A DNA stretch of 63,991 nt, filler included, from Raillietiella orientalis (taxonomy: Eukaryota): assembly GCA_036172245.1 (NCBI GenBank). It is 4 parts of 4 records of this genome, joined end to end, with 100 filler letters (N's around TTAATTAATTAA, not from the genome) between each part and the next. Parts side by side here need not be neighbours in the genome. Positions count along the whole stretch, not along the records: positions 1 to 17,580 come from JAYWIR010000245.1; positions 17,681 to 35,152 come from JAYWIR010000246.1; 2 more parts are not named here. One strand, 5' to 3'. Both the position numbers and the translations under genes were made by a program. Below, one piece after another: positions 11,644 to 23,939 of this stretch. Numbering within the stretch: position 1 is the stretch's first letter; every line of letters begins with the position of its first letter. A model generated the notes under the pieces. The model searched no databases, was not told the DNA's origin, and worked only from the letters and a program-made list of their open reading frames with translations.

Positions 11644-13635
11644 AGAACGTGTTTTTCCTTCGCTCCCAAGAGAGGCGTAGGAAGCTTTATTTCAGTGGTT
11701 TTCTAGTGTGGAACATCGTTGGTGTCCGATGGCAACCTTGCCTGAGGACACCACGATGGAGGCAGGAGTGGGGGAGGCTTGTCCACCCCCACAGCCTACT
11801 GGATCAAAGACATCTGCCGCAGAGTCATCCCCGACCTCGCCGAGGACATGGAGCGCCATGATGGCTGCGTCCAGCGCGGAAGCCATGGCGGAGATGGCTG
11901 CCTACCGGGCAGCTGGGTACATGCCCAGCTTAGTATACCAGGTAGGCAATCTCTTTGATGGGCGAACTTCACGCGCCTTTACGTAGGCGCTGCAGAACGC
12001 CAACGTACCAGAAAAGGATCTTGACGGCCTATCTGTGCTTAGCGGGGGTCAGCGCGTCGAGGTTGTCTGTAAGGACATTACCTTGGCGCAAACTCTGATC
12101 ACCACCCCGCTCAACATGGATGGGCGCAAGATCTTGTCAGTCACGATGGACCGCTCCGTAGTGGTCCATCTCACTGGCATCACCAGACGCATGACTCGCT
12201 CTGCGGTTGGTGATGAACTCAAGAAGTTTGGTGAGGTACACGCGCTGCAGCCAAAGGGCTACAATAGCCTTTTCGGGGGCAGGCCGCCGCGCATATAACT
12301 GTGAACGAGGGTGGAGCGCTAACTCACAAGCTGGAGGTCTGCCAAGAGCCGGTAGACCTCTGGTACGTGGGGAAACCCCGCTACTGTGGGTACTGTAACA
12401 CAGTAGGACACCTCCGCAAAAGGTGCCCGCATATACAGTGCCACCTGTGCGGGGAACGGGGCCACGTTCGGCGCGAGTGCCCCAAGCCTCAACCCGGTGC
12501 CACCTGCCGCCAAAAAGGCGCAGGTGAAAAAGGAGAGAAAGGTCGCAAGACCTAAAGTTGAAAGTGGCCGGCAGAAGCTGCGACTCAAAAGTCGGAGGAA
12601 CAACCTTCCGAAGTAGTGGAAGGGAAAGAGGGCTGGAAAGTTGTAAAAGCCCGAAAGGAAAAAAAGATTCCGAACTAGGAACCCGTGAAAGCGGAGAAAA
12701 AGCCGGCCAGTAAGGCGAAAAAACCTGGGCCGCGCTCAAAAACTCTGCGGGAGTGCACGGTGGCACTCGAACGAATTGCCGTTCCCGAGGCCGCCACCCG
12801 GGGCGACGAGCCTCCCCTCGCCGTTTCCGCCGCACCCGAGGCTCACGACGGCGAACCCTATGTGCGAACAGAGGGTGAGCCGCGCGACGCGCAAGTCTAC
12901 AGCGAGGACGCCGCGTTCGCGCAGGCGGCGGAGGAGCTCCCGGCCACGCTGGCCGAGCGTGAGAACCCCTCACGCAAGGCCGTGCGAAGGTCGGCTCCGG
13001 CGAAGAAGGTCCTTGCAGGTGAGTGCGACCTGGGGGCCGGAGGCACATCCTCCTCTTCGAAGGCGCCATCCAGGAAATCGGGACAAAAGTCTCAGAAGCC
13101 CAGTAGGCGCCTCCCCTCCACCAACGAGGAGAAGACGGAAGCCGTCGTCAGCGTGGGAACCCCGGAGGAGGAATTCCCACGCTTGGAGGCCGTGGAGCAG
13201 GCCAATTCCATGGAGGAGGGCGATCAGGGAGGTGAAGTTCTCTCTGCAGTCGCCGTGCCTGAACAGCCCGCCCCCATGGAGGAGGACCAACAGATAGGCG
13301 CGACGTTACCCGCGGGCGAACCGCCTCACGCTCCGGCAGCCATGGAGGAGGGTTACCAGGTGCCTTTAGCACCTGACCCTCCTCCTCCTCGCGTCCCGAC
13401 CAATAGGTGGCGGACTCCGCAGAGCCAATTTCCCAGGAATAACACCTGGGCTCGCCTGTCGCCGTCGGATCCGCGTGGCCAGTTGCAGCGTCAACGGGCT
13501 GCGAGACGACGGCAACAGACGACATGCAACCGACACCCTGCGTGAGCTCGACCTGGCCTTGTTGCAGGAGATCAACGTGATCACCGTGGCAGACGTCCAG
13601 GAGATCGAGATGATCGCGGGGGGTCGGCTGTTTAT
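11644..13635 (+). mobile_element. L1/Tx1 element G: 5' UTR, ORF1 (ATG 11729) and APE N-terminus, decayed
   Basis: CGYCNTVGHLRKRC, CHLCGERGHVRREC; then ASCSVNGL...LLQE...IAGGRLF cut by an antisense insertion. Confidence 0.9.
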
Positions 13636-16331
13636 CACCCGGGTGCGCCGGGGCGTTTATTGAAAAACTATCCGGGAACAGATTTCCCGGATAAAGGAAA
13701 CACAAGAGACGAAGGGGGTGGGATCGCCGACACGCAGGTAGGTATGCCGAAAGTCCGGAACGGGAGGGAGGGGACCACAAACACACTAGTATAAAAAATA
13801 AAAATAAAGATATAGAGGGCAGGGGACAGGGGTCTTTGGTTCGGCCGTTCCTTCCTTTCAGAACCGGCGATGGATGACGGCGATCTCACTCCTTACCCTC
13901 TCTGAAAGATTGGTCTACTCGGCAGCCGACGACATGCTTGCGCTGGCTAATCCGGTAGGCTGACGAAGGATGGCCAGCTTCTCCAACTCTCAGTGGGCCT
14001 TGTCGATGGCACGAGTGCAACACACGGTTGCAACGACAGCACCTAAAGACAGGCCGCCTGGCGTGAAGAAGCGGCGCATCTAGTCTCCCGCGGTGTCCCC
14101 CTGGTGCAGGAGAGCTAAGGCCAGCCTCCGCCACAGTCCTAGGAGGGCACCGCAGTCCAGGAGCAGGTGCAGGAGCGTTTCCACTTCCCCGCAACGCTTA
14201 CAGTTTGGGGAGACAATTCCCCCGGAAACGCGGTTCGTCTGCTGGTTAGAGTGAAAACCCCAATGCACCAGCATGATGACGTCTTTCTTCCACGAAAGAA
14301 AGAACACAGAAGTGTTCAAACAGGAGGGAGGGACCACAAGTTCTTCGGGGGGCACACTCAAGTGTTCACTCCACCGAAGGAGTCCCTTCGGGATGTGGCG
14401 AGGCGTGGCGGCGTCTGCCAGCTCGCAAGTCCTCAAGCCGCCAATGGGTCGTGTTGTTCCTGCGATGGTGCAGGCGGCATTTTATCTTTCCGGTTCGCAG
14501 CTGTCATCTCTTGCCCTGAGGGCTGACAGCATGTCGGCGAGGGGCGTGACGGCCAGGCGAGTCCACGTCTCCTGGCTGTTGCACACCTCATCCACCGTGT
14601 AGTACGGGGAGAGGTGAGCCTAACGGAGTTCCTGGAGGGAAGCATCCTGGTGCTTTGCCAAGCCATGCAACGGTACCTGCCGCCAAGCTTGAAAGTTCGT
14701 TGGGCGACAGGAGATCTATTCCTGGGCTGCCAGGAGCCGGTAGAGGGTTTTCAACGGGAAACCGAAGCTTCTCGTGGCGCGCTCCGTATGCATCCGCAGC
14801 AACAGAAGTCCATCGCTGTCGCTGCAGCGCCGCAGGAGCAAGCGTGCAGGAGCGAGCCACGGAGTGGATCAAATGTTGGCGCACAGGGCCAACATCCGAA
14901 ACTGCACCTGCAGCTCCATTCTATCCAGCGTCAGGATACCTAAGCTTGCATCCCGACGCGGAGCCGCCAAGTCTTTGAGGCATATCCTGGATCTCGCAGG
15001 TACCCACAGAGCGTTTCTCAACAGGCTGTGCGCCTGGAACTTGGCCTAGTAGAAGGGCGGGCAAACAAAAAGCAGGGGGCGCAAGAGGGGAGCAGCGAAG
15101 GTGTTAAATATCGCGGCCCGCTCCGACAGGAGGAACCTGCCATGGTGGAACGTGCTCCGAGCATTCGTAGCATTCCAAAGGCAGTCCGACCACACTTCCA
15201 CTGGGCTGATGTTCAACAGCGGAACGTCCAGATTTTGCATGGACGAAGCGGTCGGGATCCCCAGGCGGATCCAGTCGGACTGCCCCTCCCACGCGGCACC
15301 AATACGAACGACCATGCTCTTGCTCCAGTTTACGCTCATACCCGCTCCCCTGCGAATCAGCTCGAAAAAATTATCGAGACTGGACGCTGGGGTGGTCATG
15401 GGTAAAAGGAGAAGCAGGTCGTCGGCATAGACCGCCACAGACGGCGTTCCTGGACAAGAGCTCGGCAGATTGGCCACCGTCAGCCTGTACGCCCTTAGCA
15501 CCAACTCAAAGAAGATGCTGAAGAGCAACGGGCTTAAGCTGTCTCCCTGCCTGATGCCCCGCCGCACCGGCACGCTGTGCACGTGGCAGCCGCCGAAAGA
15601 GATCGAAATCAGCACATGGCGCCAGGAAGCGCGCAAATCGGCCACGAGGTTTTTCACTCGGGTGAGCCGGGGCTTTTATTATTAAAATTTTTACAAGGCA
15701 AAAAATTTCATAATAAAGTCTTGATTTTCCGTTGTTCTGCTTGTTTTTCAGTCGGAACACAAGAAACGACTGACTTGAAGGAGTCGTCCTTACCTACCCG
15801 CAGGCCGATAAGGTCCTCCACACAGGCGCGGGGGCAGGAAGAACCAAAAAAAGAAACAGAAAAAGCAAACGCCTGGGAGTAATGTCCTGGGAGTGGGGAA
15901 GGGAAGGGATCACGGTACGCCGTGAGTAGGCCATTGCACCCGGTCACGGATGCGGAGGAGTGCCTGTAAATGTTTTCAAAGGCGGCGCAAACGGCAAGCC
16001 TTCTCTAAGGAGATGGCTGCCCAGTGGATGGAATTCCGACTGGTATGGCTTCTCCTTGAGAAGATCCACTTGTGCACTATTCCGTGTGTGCAACAGAGCA
16101 CTGCTACACACCCGAAAGCTGGCAAGGCGTCCAGCATCAGGAGTCGAAAGATGTTCTTCGGGTCGCCACGCGGAATGTTGCAGATCGACAAGAGTCGGTC
16201 CCACATATCGCGGAGGGAAACGCACTCTAGGATCGAATTAGGCAAGGTAAAACACGAGGTGCATTGGCAGACCGAGTCGTTTCAGGAGCTCCAGAAGAAG
16301 ATCCTGATTCACGCAGTCGACCGCCTTGCGT
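13636..16331 (-). mobile_element. L1/Tx1 family C copy 1 (RT to 3' end), interrupted by D
   Basis: RKAVDCV, GIRQGDSLSP, YADD, CKRC..HLLLDC; 3' end AATAAA-CGCCCCGGCGCACCCGGGTG. Confidence 0.92.
15651..16252 (-). mobile_element. 5'-truncated L1/Tx1 family D insertion with target-site duplication
   Basis: ORF2 C-terminus + 3' UTR + terminal hairpin; CACGAGGT on both sides (15643-15650, 16253-16260); host RT resumes across it. Confidence 0.85.
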
Positions 16332-16334
16332 GCT

Positions 16335-17580
16335 CCAGGGTGGACGTGTTTTCTCGGTGCTCCTCGTGCCAGGAAGTCTCCCCCAGTGCAAGCGTCGTGT
16401 GGTTCGGTGGTCGATCAGGCAGCGATGCCTGACGCGACCACCAGGGATGGCCAGGGGGCAGCGGCTACGCCGCCCCCAGAGGCGATGGAGAGCCAGGGGG
16501 CGGCGGCAACGTCGCCCCCGGAGGCGATGGAGGTGGGGGCATCTGCCCCCACAGAATCGATCCCCGCTGCAGCGCGGGCGTGGAGCGCCGTTGTGTCGGG
16601 GCCATCGCCTGCAGCCGCGGCGGAATTGTCGGCCTATGTACAGGAGGGGTACAACCCCTCATTGTTCTACAAGGTAGGCAATTTATATTCTTCAGAGAGC
16701 GCGCGCGCCTTCTCGAAAGGCATGTGCGCTCTCGATGTGAAAAAGGAGGAGCTCAGCGCTATGACCATCCGCAGCGGGGGTCAGTACGTTGAGGTCATCT
16801 GCAAACAAGCAGAGCTGGCCCAACGACTGCTTAAAACCACCGTGGTGATGGAAACGCGCAGGCTCCTCCCTATTACGGCGGACCGCAGCATGGTGGTCCA
16901 CCTGTTAGGTGTTCCCGCGCGGATGCGCGAGGAACAGATTCGCGCCGCGTTGGAGGAATACGGAACGGTCCACGCGCAGTGGACGAAAGTTAGTCCTTTC
17001 GAGGACTACACGGGGCTGCAACACGGCCTCACTGCTGCGCGCGTGACCGTTCGGGAGGGCTGCACTCTTCCCCACAAACTGGTGGTCGAAGGCGAAACCG
17101 TCGACCTCTGGTATGTGGGGAAGCCGAAATACTGTGGCTTCTGCAATACGTCGGGCCACCGCAAAAAGAGGTGTCCCAATGTGCAGTGCCAAGTATGCGG
17201 CACAATGGGCCACACGAGGGAGGTGTGCCCAAAAGCAGCAGTGCGGGTGGTTTCCAAGAGAAACCTGAAAAAACGCGCCCGGCTTCTGCAGAAAAGGCTG
17301 GCGGCGAAAGCTGCCGCGAAGGCTGTGCCACCCGCGCCCAAGACCCAGGCCGCACCCGAGACCCCGGCGACCAACGCCGAAAAAGTTGAGGGAGCCGGCC
17401 AGGAGACTGGGTGGCAAGTGGCAACGGCCAAAAAATCAAAGAAGGAGAGGAGGATGGAAAAGAAAATCGCCTACCAACAGAAGAAGAAAGAGCAGGTTAG
17501 CGCGATAATTAAAGATTGCAGAGTCGTTGTCGAACGCGTTCTCGATGTTGCCGAACGCTGCCGGAAAGAACTCGCCGCTA
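16335..17580 (+). mobile_element. L1/Tx1 element H: 5' UTR + uninterrupted ORF1 (ATG ~16425), cut by contig end
   Basis: GACGTGTTT start; CGFCNTSGHRKKRC, CQVCGTMGHTREVC; open to the linker. Confidence 0.92.
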
Positions 17581-17680
17581 NNNNNNNNNNNNNNNNNNNN
17601 NNNNNNNNNNNNNNNNNNNNNNNNTTAATTAATTAANNNNNNNNNNNNNNNNNNNNNNNNNNNNNNNNNNNNNNNNNNNN
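17581..17680. other. Artificial contig linker
   Basis: N44-TTAATTAATTAA-N44, stops in all six frames. Confidence 0.97.
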
Positions 17681-18020
17681 CGAGCTTCCTGGCAGGTCCC
17701 AGGAACTATTGGCCGTAGCGGGGCCTAGTATCGCAGTTGTACTGTTTTTTTTTTTTTAATAAACGCCCCGGCGTTACCTGGTGAAAACTTCCCCGTGTCC
17801 AATGGTGGCGGCGTGCATTGCAGGGGAGTCCCCAATGCAACAGCATAAGCGCCGAATCCTGCCATTTAAGGGGAAGGATCCTTTTTTGGGTTATCACTGG
17901 GGACCACTTGAGGTCATCCGTCCTGATGCCGAGCAGCTCGCCCCATTTTCTTAGTCCTTGCGGAAGGACGCTCTGGGTTGTGGCGTCCGCCAGCTGTCCC
18001 ATTGTCCAACCACTCAACAG
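17681..18020. mobile_element. Family B 3' end (+, 17681-17787) joined to a minus-strand B-like ORF2 fragment
   Basis: AATAAA + hairpin + GTG-AAAA, then antisense LHWGLPCNARR/GWTMGQL fragment. Confidence 0.85.
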
Positions 18021-21000
18021 TACTCCGGCACGTTTATTAAGAAAACGTTTTATTCGTCATTACAGTACGTGGTACAAGGCCCCACTAACGGCCACTCAGT
18101 GCCGGACCTGCCGGGACACTGGGACGCAGCCCGGTGTGACTCTCCTCGGCAGTGGAAGGGAATGGGGGGAAAAACAAAAAGAAAAATAAACCAGTAAAAA
18201 AAAGAAAACAGTTTTTGGAGGGAAGGGAAGGGATCACAGTCCACTGGGAGGAGGGTCCATCCTTAGTAGGATACCCTCGAGGTCCTCCTTCAATCTTCCC
18301 AGCTAGGGCCATCCAATCGCTCTCCACAGGAAGCGAATAGCATATGGGATGACGTCCATTACGGTGGAATCTTCATCTTCGGCATTACTCCAGGCCGCCA
18401 CGATACCACGGATGCAGCAAAGTGCTGCGAGGGCTGCGTCTGGACTGAGGGCGTCCCGCACGAAGAGAAGACTGTAAACATTCCTGGGGTTGCCGTCTTC
18501 CGGTATACCGAGGGCCGTTCCAAGACGATCGCAAAGAATCCGGACGGCACAGCAGTCAACTAGGAGGTGGGGGAGCGACACCCGCTCCCCACACCTTGCA
18601 CACGCAGGATCTACTCTTCCCCGCGTCCTGTGGAAGCGGCGCGCGTTGCAAGGTAGACCCCAATGCAGCCACAGAAGCGCCGATTCTTGCCACTTCAGGG
18701 GAAGAATCCTGGATCCAAGTAGAACCGGGGGCCAATTGAGGTCATCCAATCGAATGCCGAGCAGCTCGCCCCATCTTCTTAATCCACGCGGCTGGACACT
18801 TGGGGTCGTAGCATCTGTCAGCTCTCCCATGGTCCAGCCGCTCATTATCTTCTCTCTGCCTGCTATACGGCAGCAGACTTGCCACCTCGGCTTCCGGCTT
18901 TCGTGAAGCGCCCTTTGGAGGAAGGGCATTGCCGTAGCAAGGGGTGTCCCTTCCGCCCACTTGCAACTCGCTGGAAATTGAAGAATTTCACGCAGGGTGC
19001 GGCGGGCGTAGAAGCCGATTCGCAGGCAGTTCCACGTTTCGTGGCTCCTCTCATGTATCTTCGCCCACGTGCCAACAGTCTCCTCCAGCCATGCGGAGGA
19101 GTTGGCGGGGCAGCATACCATACAGCCGTTCTCCTTAGCCAAGGTTGACATGCGTCCAAGGAGCAGGCCGCATCTTCTCATCTTCCGGCCGGAGCACAGA
19201 AGATAAGACGCTAGTCCTTGCGTCCTGGAGACACGGCTGGCAAGAAGGCGGGCCGGAATGCACCAAGTGGTGCTCCGCAACTTCGCTGCGATGGCCATCG
19301 TGCGCCATCGCAGCTGGATTTCCAAGCGCTCCAGAGTCAGGAGACCAAGACCGCCGTCCCGACGCGGAGCGCATAAGTCCGTCAGAGGCACTCTAGGCCT
19401 CCCTTTTCCCCAGAGGGCGATCCGGAGTAGGTCCTTGGTCCTCTTCTTCAACAGGGTAGGGACGGGGCAAACAAAAAGCAGGGGACGAAGGATGGGAGCC
19501 GCGGACGCGTTCCATACCGCGGCTCGTTCCGGCAAGAGGAACGGAACGGAACCTTGCCCTCCAGGAACGGGCCGATCGCCGACTCCACTTTTTGGAGACG
19601 ACCTGACCAGGCTTCTGACGGGCAGAAGTCCCCCAACGGCACGCCAAGGTACTTCAGGTACCTGGCCGCGGGGATCCCCAAGCGGATCCAGTCAGGCCGT
19701 CCAGACCACGTCGCACCAACCTCCACCACCGACGACTTAGCCTTGTTCACCCGCAGTCCCGTCCTGCGGCTTAACAGATCGAAGAAATCGTCGACTGCAG
19801 CTGCCGGGGTGGACATGGGTAACATCAGCAGATCATCGGCGTACGCCGCTACGGCGGGCGTGCCGGGGCACGAGCTCGGCAGGGGGGCCGAAGTCTCCCT
19901 GTACGCCCTCAGCACCAACTCAAAGTAGGTGCTAAAGAGCAGGGGGCTGAGGCTGTCGCCCTGCCTTATGCCCCGCCGCAAAGGCACGCCATGCACCTTC
20001 TGACTGCTGAAAGAGACGGAAATTATCGCATGGCGCCAGCAGGAGCGCAGGTAGTTGATCAAGGTGGGTGGAAAGCCCATGCGACCCAGGAGATCCAAGA
20101 GGAGGTCCTGGTCCACGCAGTCGAACGCCTTATGGAGATCGACTGCGATCGCTACGGCCCCCTTTCCCGCCCGGGTGTCCCTTCCCTGTCCCACTGGCGG
20201 CCCAAAAGTGGGGTTGCAAATTTTCCCGTTCCCTTCCTTCTTACTCCGCTGCGCGTGCATCCATGTGCTCGCGAGGAAGAGGTTGTCCTCCATACTTCGC
20301 CCGGGAACAGCGAAAGTCTGCTCCGGGCTAATTATGGAATTGGACACCTGCCCCAATCGCGACGGCCACAGCCCGGCGATCAACTTGGCGTCCGAGTTCA
20401 CAATCGTGATCGAACGCCAGTTGCTTAGTTTCCGGAGGTCTCCTCCCTTCGGAAGGAGCCTCACCCTGGCTGACCGAAACGAGGCGGGAACATCGCCTTC
20501 GTTTCGGATCAGCCGTGTCAATTGGAGCACCAGGGGGGCCAGCTCTTCCGCGAAGCTCTGAAAGAACTCCGCGGGCAAGCCGTCCTCCCCTGGCGCCTTA
20601 CTCCTTTTGAGCCTTTTGATACCAGCGAGAATTTCGCAGGTCGTGAAAGGCTCATCGAGGCTTTCTCTGTCCTCCTCCCCTATCGCCACGGAACCACTCA
20701 TGAGCAATCGCCGCGAGGCATCGCGTTCGGGTGGTGTTTTGGCGTGAAGGGAGGAATAAAAACACCGCACGAGATTCCGTACCGCAGCCGGGGACGAACG
20801 TTCCCGGCCCAGATCATCCAGCATGCTGGCCGACCCGGATTACCAGGCTTGCCGCTCGGCCCCGCCACGGTATTCGGCCATGCGACGGACATTGGGGTTC
20901 CTCTCGTGACGACGCGCGTGCAAATACGCGCTTTCGTTGCGAGCCCCCTCGCCAAATCCCCGGGGCACACGGTGCAAAGGGAACTGCTCGCAGAACTCCC

Positions 21001-21668
21001 GGACCGAGTCCTTAAAAAGGTCCCAATCCGTGAGACTCTGGAGGGTGACGCCTCGCAGGAATTCGCGAAGGTGTTCTTTCGCTCCTGACAGGCGCATCCA
21101 GTCCCCTGGCATACGCCAATCCCTTGATGGCGGTCCCTTGTCGCGCGGGCGCATCTCGAATAATAACCGGGGATGGTCCGACAGCGTCGATCCAATTGTC
21201 CCTCGTTTTCCGACCCGTGTGCACAGGTCTTCGTCGAGAAAGACGTGGTCCACGCTGCTGACCATCCCCTGTATTCCTGTCAACAAGTTGCGCGCGCGCA
21301 TGGCGGCGCACAACTCGCTGATCGCGTTCCCCTGTGCTCCGGGCTGATCTGAGAGCAGGCGGACGTTGAAATCCCCTACTATCAGATGCGCCTTTCGCAC
21401 GTCCGTGTCCACCAGCCATTCGCGCTTCAAGGTTTCCAGTAACGCATTGCGCTGCTGGTACCCCTGTTTACCGCTAGGAGCGTACACATTGGTGACGATG
21501 AGGTCGATCGAATCGGACCATCTAAGAGTCAGTTGGCCGATCCGTCCTTCGTCCCCAAAGCGCACGCCCTTCACGGCAGCGTCGACGGCCGGCTTCAAAA
21601 AGAACGCGACCCCGCAGGTGTTGCGGGCGCCACATTTCCAGTACAACCGACCCCCCGCGATCGTCTTC
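18021..21668 (-). mobile_element. L1/Tx1 family B (APE-RT-3' UTR), few frameshifts
   Basis: TNVYAP, GDFN, SDH; DLHKAFD, GIRQGDSLSP, YADD, KYLG; CARC..HLLVDC. Confidence 0.95.
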
Positions 21669-23939
21669 GGTGGAGGTGTGGCCAACAGCAGAGAGTTTCT
21701 GCAGGCCCGCCAATTCTCCCGATGCCCGGACGTCCGGTACCTTGCGGAGTACAAGGCCAAGGCCGAGCGCCAGGTCTGGCAGTCAGGAGCAGCTTGTCTG
21801 CTCGACGACCAGGGCCTGGAGTGCTCGGGCGCGGCCGAAGTTCGCCGCCTCCTAAAGCGCTATTACTCCTTGTTGTACGCTAGGGAGCCGACGGAACGCA
21901 GTCTCTCGGAGCTGCTTCTGCCGGCGGATTCCCCGGCGGTCGACGAGGAGGAACGCGCCACTCTTGACTTGCCCTTCACGGCGGAAGAAGTGTCTTCCGC
22001 CATAGCGGGCCTCAAGAAGCGCAAGGCGCCAGGTGAGGATGGTCTGCCTGCGGAGTTCTTCCAGTGCTTCGCGGCGGAACTAATCCCCCTGGTGCTGAGG
22101 CTTTCTGCGCTGATGCGAGAGACGGGCAATGTCCCGGCCTCGTTTCGCTCAGCAAGGGTGCGTCTCTTGCCGAAAGGCGGAGACATGCGCCATTTAAGCA
22201 ACTGGCGTCCCATCACCTTGGTGAATGCGGTCGTCAAGTTGTTCTCCAGGCTGTGGGTCGCGCGCCTGGGCAGGATCGCTGGATCCGTGGTAAGTCCGGA
22301 GCAGTCTTACGCTGTTCCCGAGCGGTCCATGGAGGCGAACCTGTTCTTCGCGAGCACGTGGCTCGAGCTGCAACGCTGCGTGGCGCACGACAGCCAGGCA
22401 ACCGCGTCTGCGGCTGCCGAGGCTAGGCGTCGCTGCATTCGGCCTGGGGAAGCGCCGGGTGCCTTGGCGGTCGCGGTCGATCTCCGCAAGGCGTTCGATT
22501 GCGTAAATCAGGATCTCCTGCTGGAGCTCCTGGAACGCCTCGGTCTCCCGGTGCACCTCGTGGCGTATTTGCGCGCTTGCTGGCGCCACGCGCTCATTTC
22601 CATCTCTTTTAGCGGCTGCCACGTGTACGGCGTGCCGGTGCGGCGGGGCATCAGGCAGGGCGACAGCTTAAGCCCGTTGCTCTTCAGCATCTTCTTTGAG
22701 TTGGTGCTGAGGGCGTACAGGCTGACGCTGGCCAACCTGCCGAGCCTTTGTCCAGGAACGCCGTCCGTGGCGGCCTATGCTGACGACCTGCTCCTCCTCT
22801 TACCCATGACCACCCCGGCATCCAGTCTCGAGGATTTCTTCGAGCTGATTCGCCGGGGAGCGGGCATGAGCGTAAACCGGAGCAAGAGCGTGGTCGTACC
22901 TATTGGTGCGGCGTGGGAGGGGCAGTCCGACTGGATCCGCCTGGGGATCCCGACCGCTTCGTCCACCCAATATCTGGGCGTTCCGCTGGGGAACATCAGC
23001 CCAGTGGAAGTGTGGTCGGACTGCCTTCGGAAGGCTTCGAATGCCCTGAGCCCGTTCCACCATGGCAGGTTCGTCCTGCCGGAGCGGGCCACGATATGGA
23101 ACACCTTCGTTGCCCCTCTCTTGCGCCCCCTGCTTTTTGTTTGCCCGCCTCCCTACTCGGCGAAGCTCCAGGCGCACAGCCTGTTGAGGAACGCTCTGTG
23201 GGGACCTGCGAGGTCCAGGATCCGCCTCAAAGACTTGGCGGCTCCGCGTCGGGATGCTGGCTTAGACATCCTAACGCTGGAGAGAATCGAGCTGCAGGTG
23301 CAGCTTCGGATGTTGACCCTGTACGCCAACCTTTGGTCCACTCAGTGGTGCTCTCCGTGGTGTTTCCGGGGGAGTTGTCTCCCCAAACTGTAAGCGGTGC
23401 GGGGAAGTGGAAACGCTCCCGCACCTGCTCCTGGACTGCGGTGCCCTCCTAGAACTGTGGCGGAGGCTGGCCTCAGCTCTCCTGCACTAGGGGGACACTG
23501 CGAGAGACTTGATGCTCCGCTTCTTCACGCCAGGCGGCCTGTCGTTAGGTGCTGTCGTTGCAACCGTGTGTTGCACCCGCGCCATCGACAAGGCCCACCG
23601 AGAGTTGGAGAAGCTGGCCATTCTTCGTCAGCCCACCGGAATAGCAAGCGCGAGTATGTCGTCGGCTGCCGAGTGGGCCCATCTTCCAGAGGACGTTAGG
23701 AAAGAGATCACCGGCATCCATCGTTGGTTCTGAAAGAAAGAAATGGCCGTACCAAAGACCCCTCTACCCTACCCTCCATATCTTTATTTTTATTTTTGTA
23801 AAAGTGTATTTGTGGTCCCCTCCCTCCCGTTCAGGACTTTCGGTATACCAACCTGCGTGTCGCAAATCCCTTCCTTCCTTTCATCTGTGTCCTCTGTAAC
23901 TGGATAATTTATTAATAAATGCTCCAGCGCACCCGGGTG
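21669..23939 (+). mobile_element. L1/Tx1 family C copy 2, 5'-truncated, open RT frame, internal deletion near 23360
   Basis: DLRKAFD, GIRQGDSLSP, YADD, QYLG; sequence present in copy 1 (~14235-14855) is missing; 3' hairpin end. Confidence 0.93.

Noticed and set aside
17581..17680. TTAATTAATTAA palindrome between N runs, three times at ~17.5-kb spacing
   Set aside because: Identical 100-nt six-frame-stop linker; the spacing probably reflects size-sorted contigs. No linkage can be inferred across it, and ORFs running into it are artefacts
17715..17745. CCTAGTATCGCAGT resembling U2 stem-loop IV
   Set aside because: Part of the family-B 3' UTR; other copies lose the match and no other U2 sequence is present
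21366..23393. 675-aa RT ORF with a novel N-terminus
   Set aside because: The first ~100 codons are the antisense strand of the host APE; it is a nested insertion junction, not a new domain
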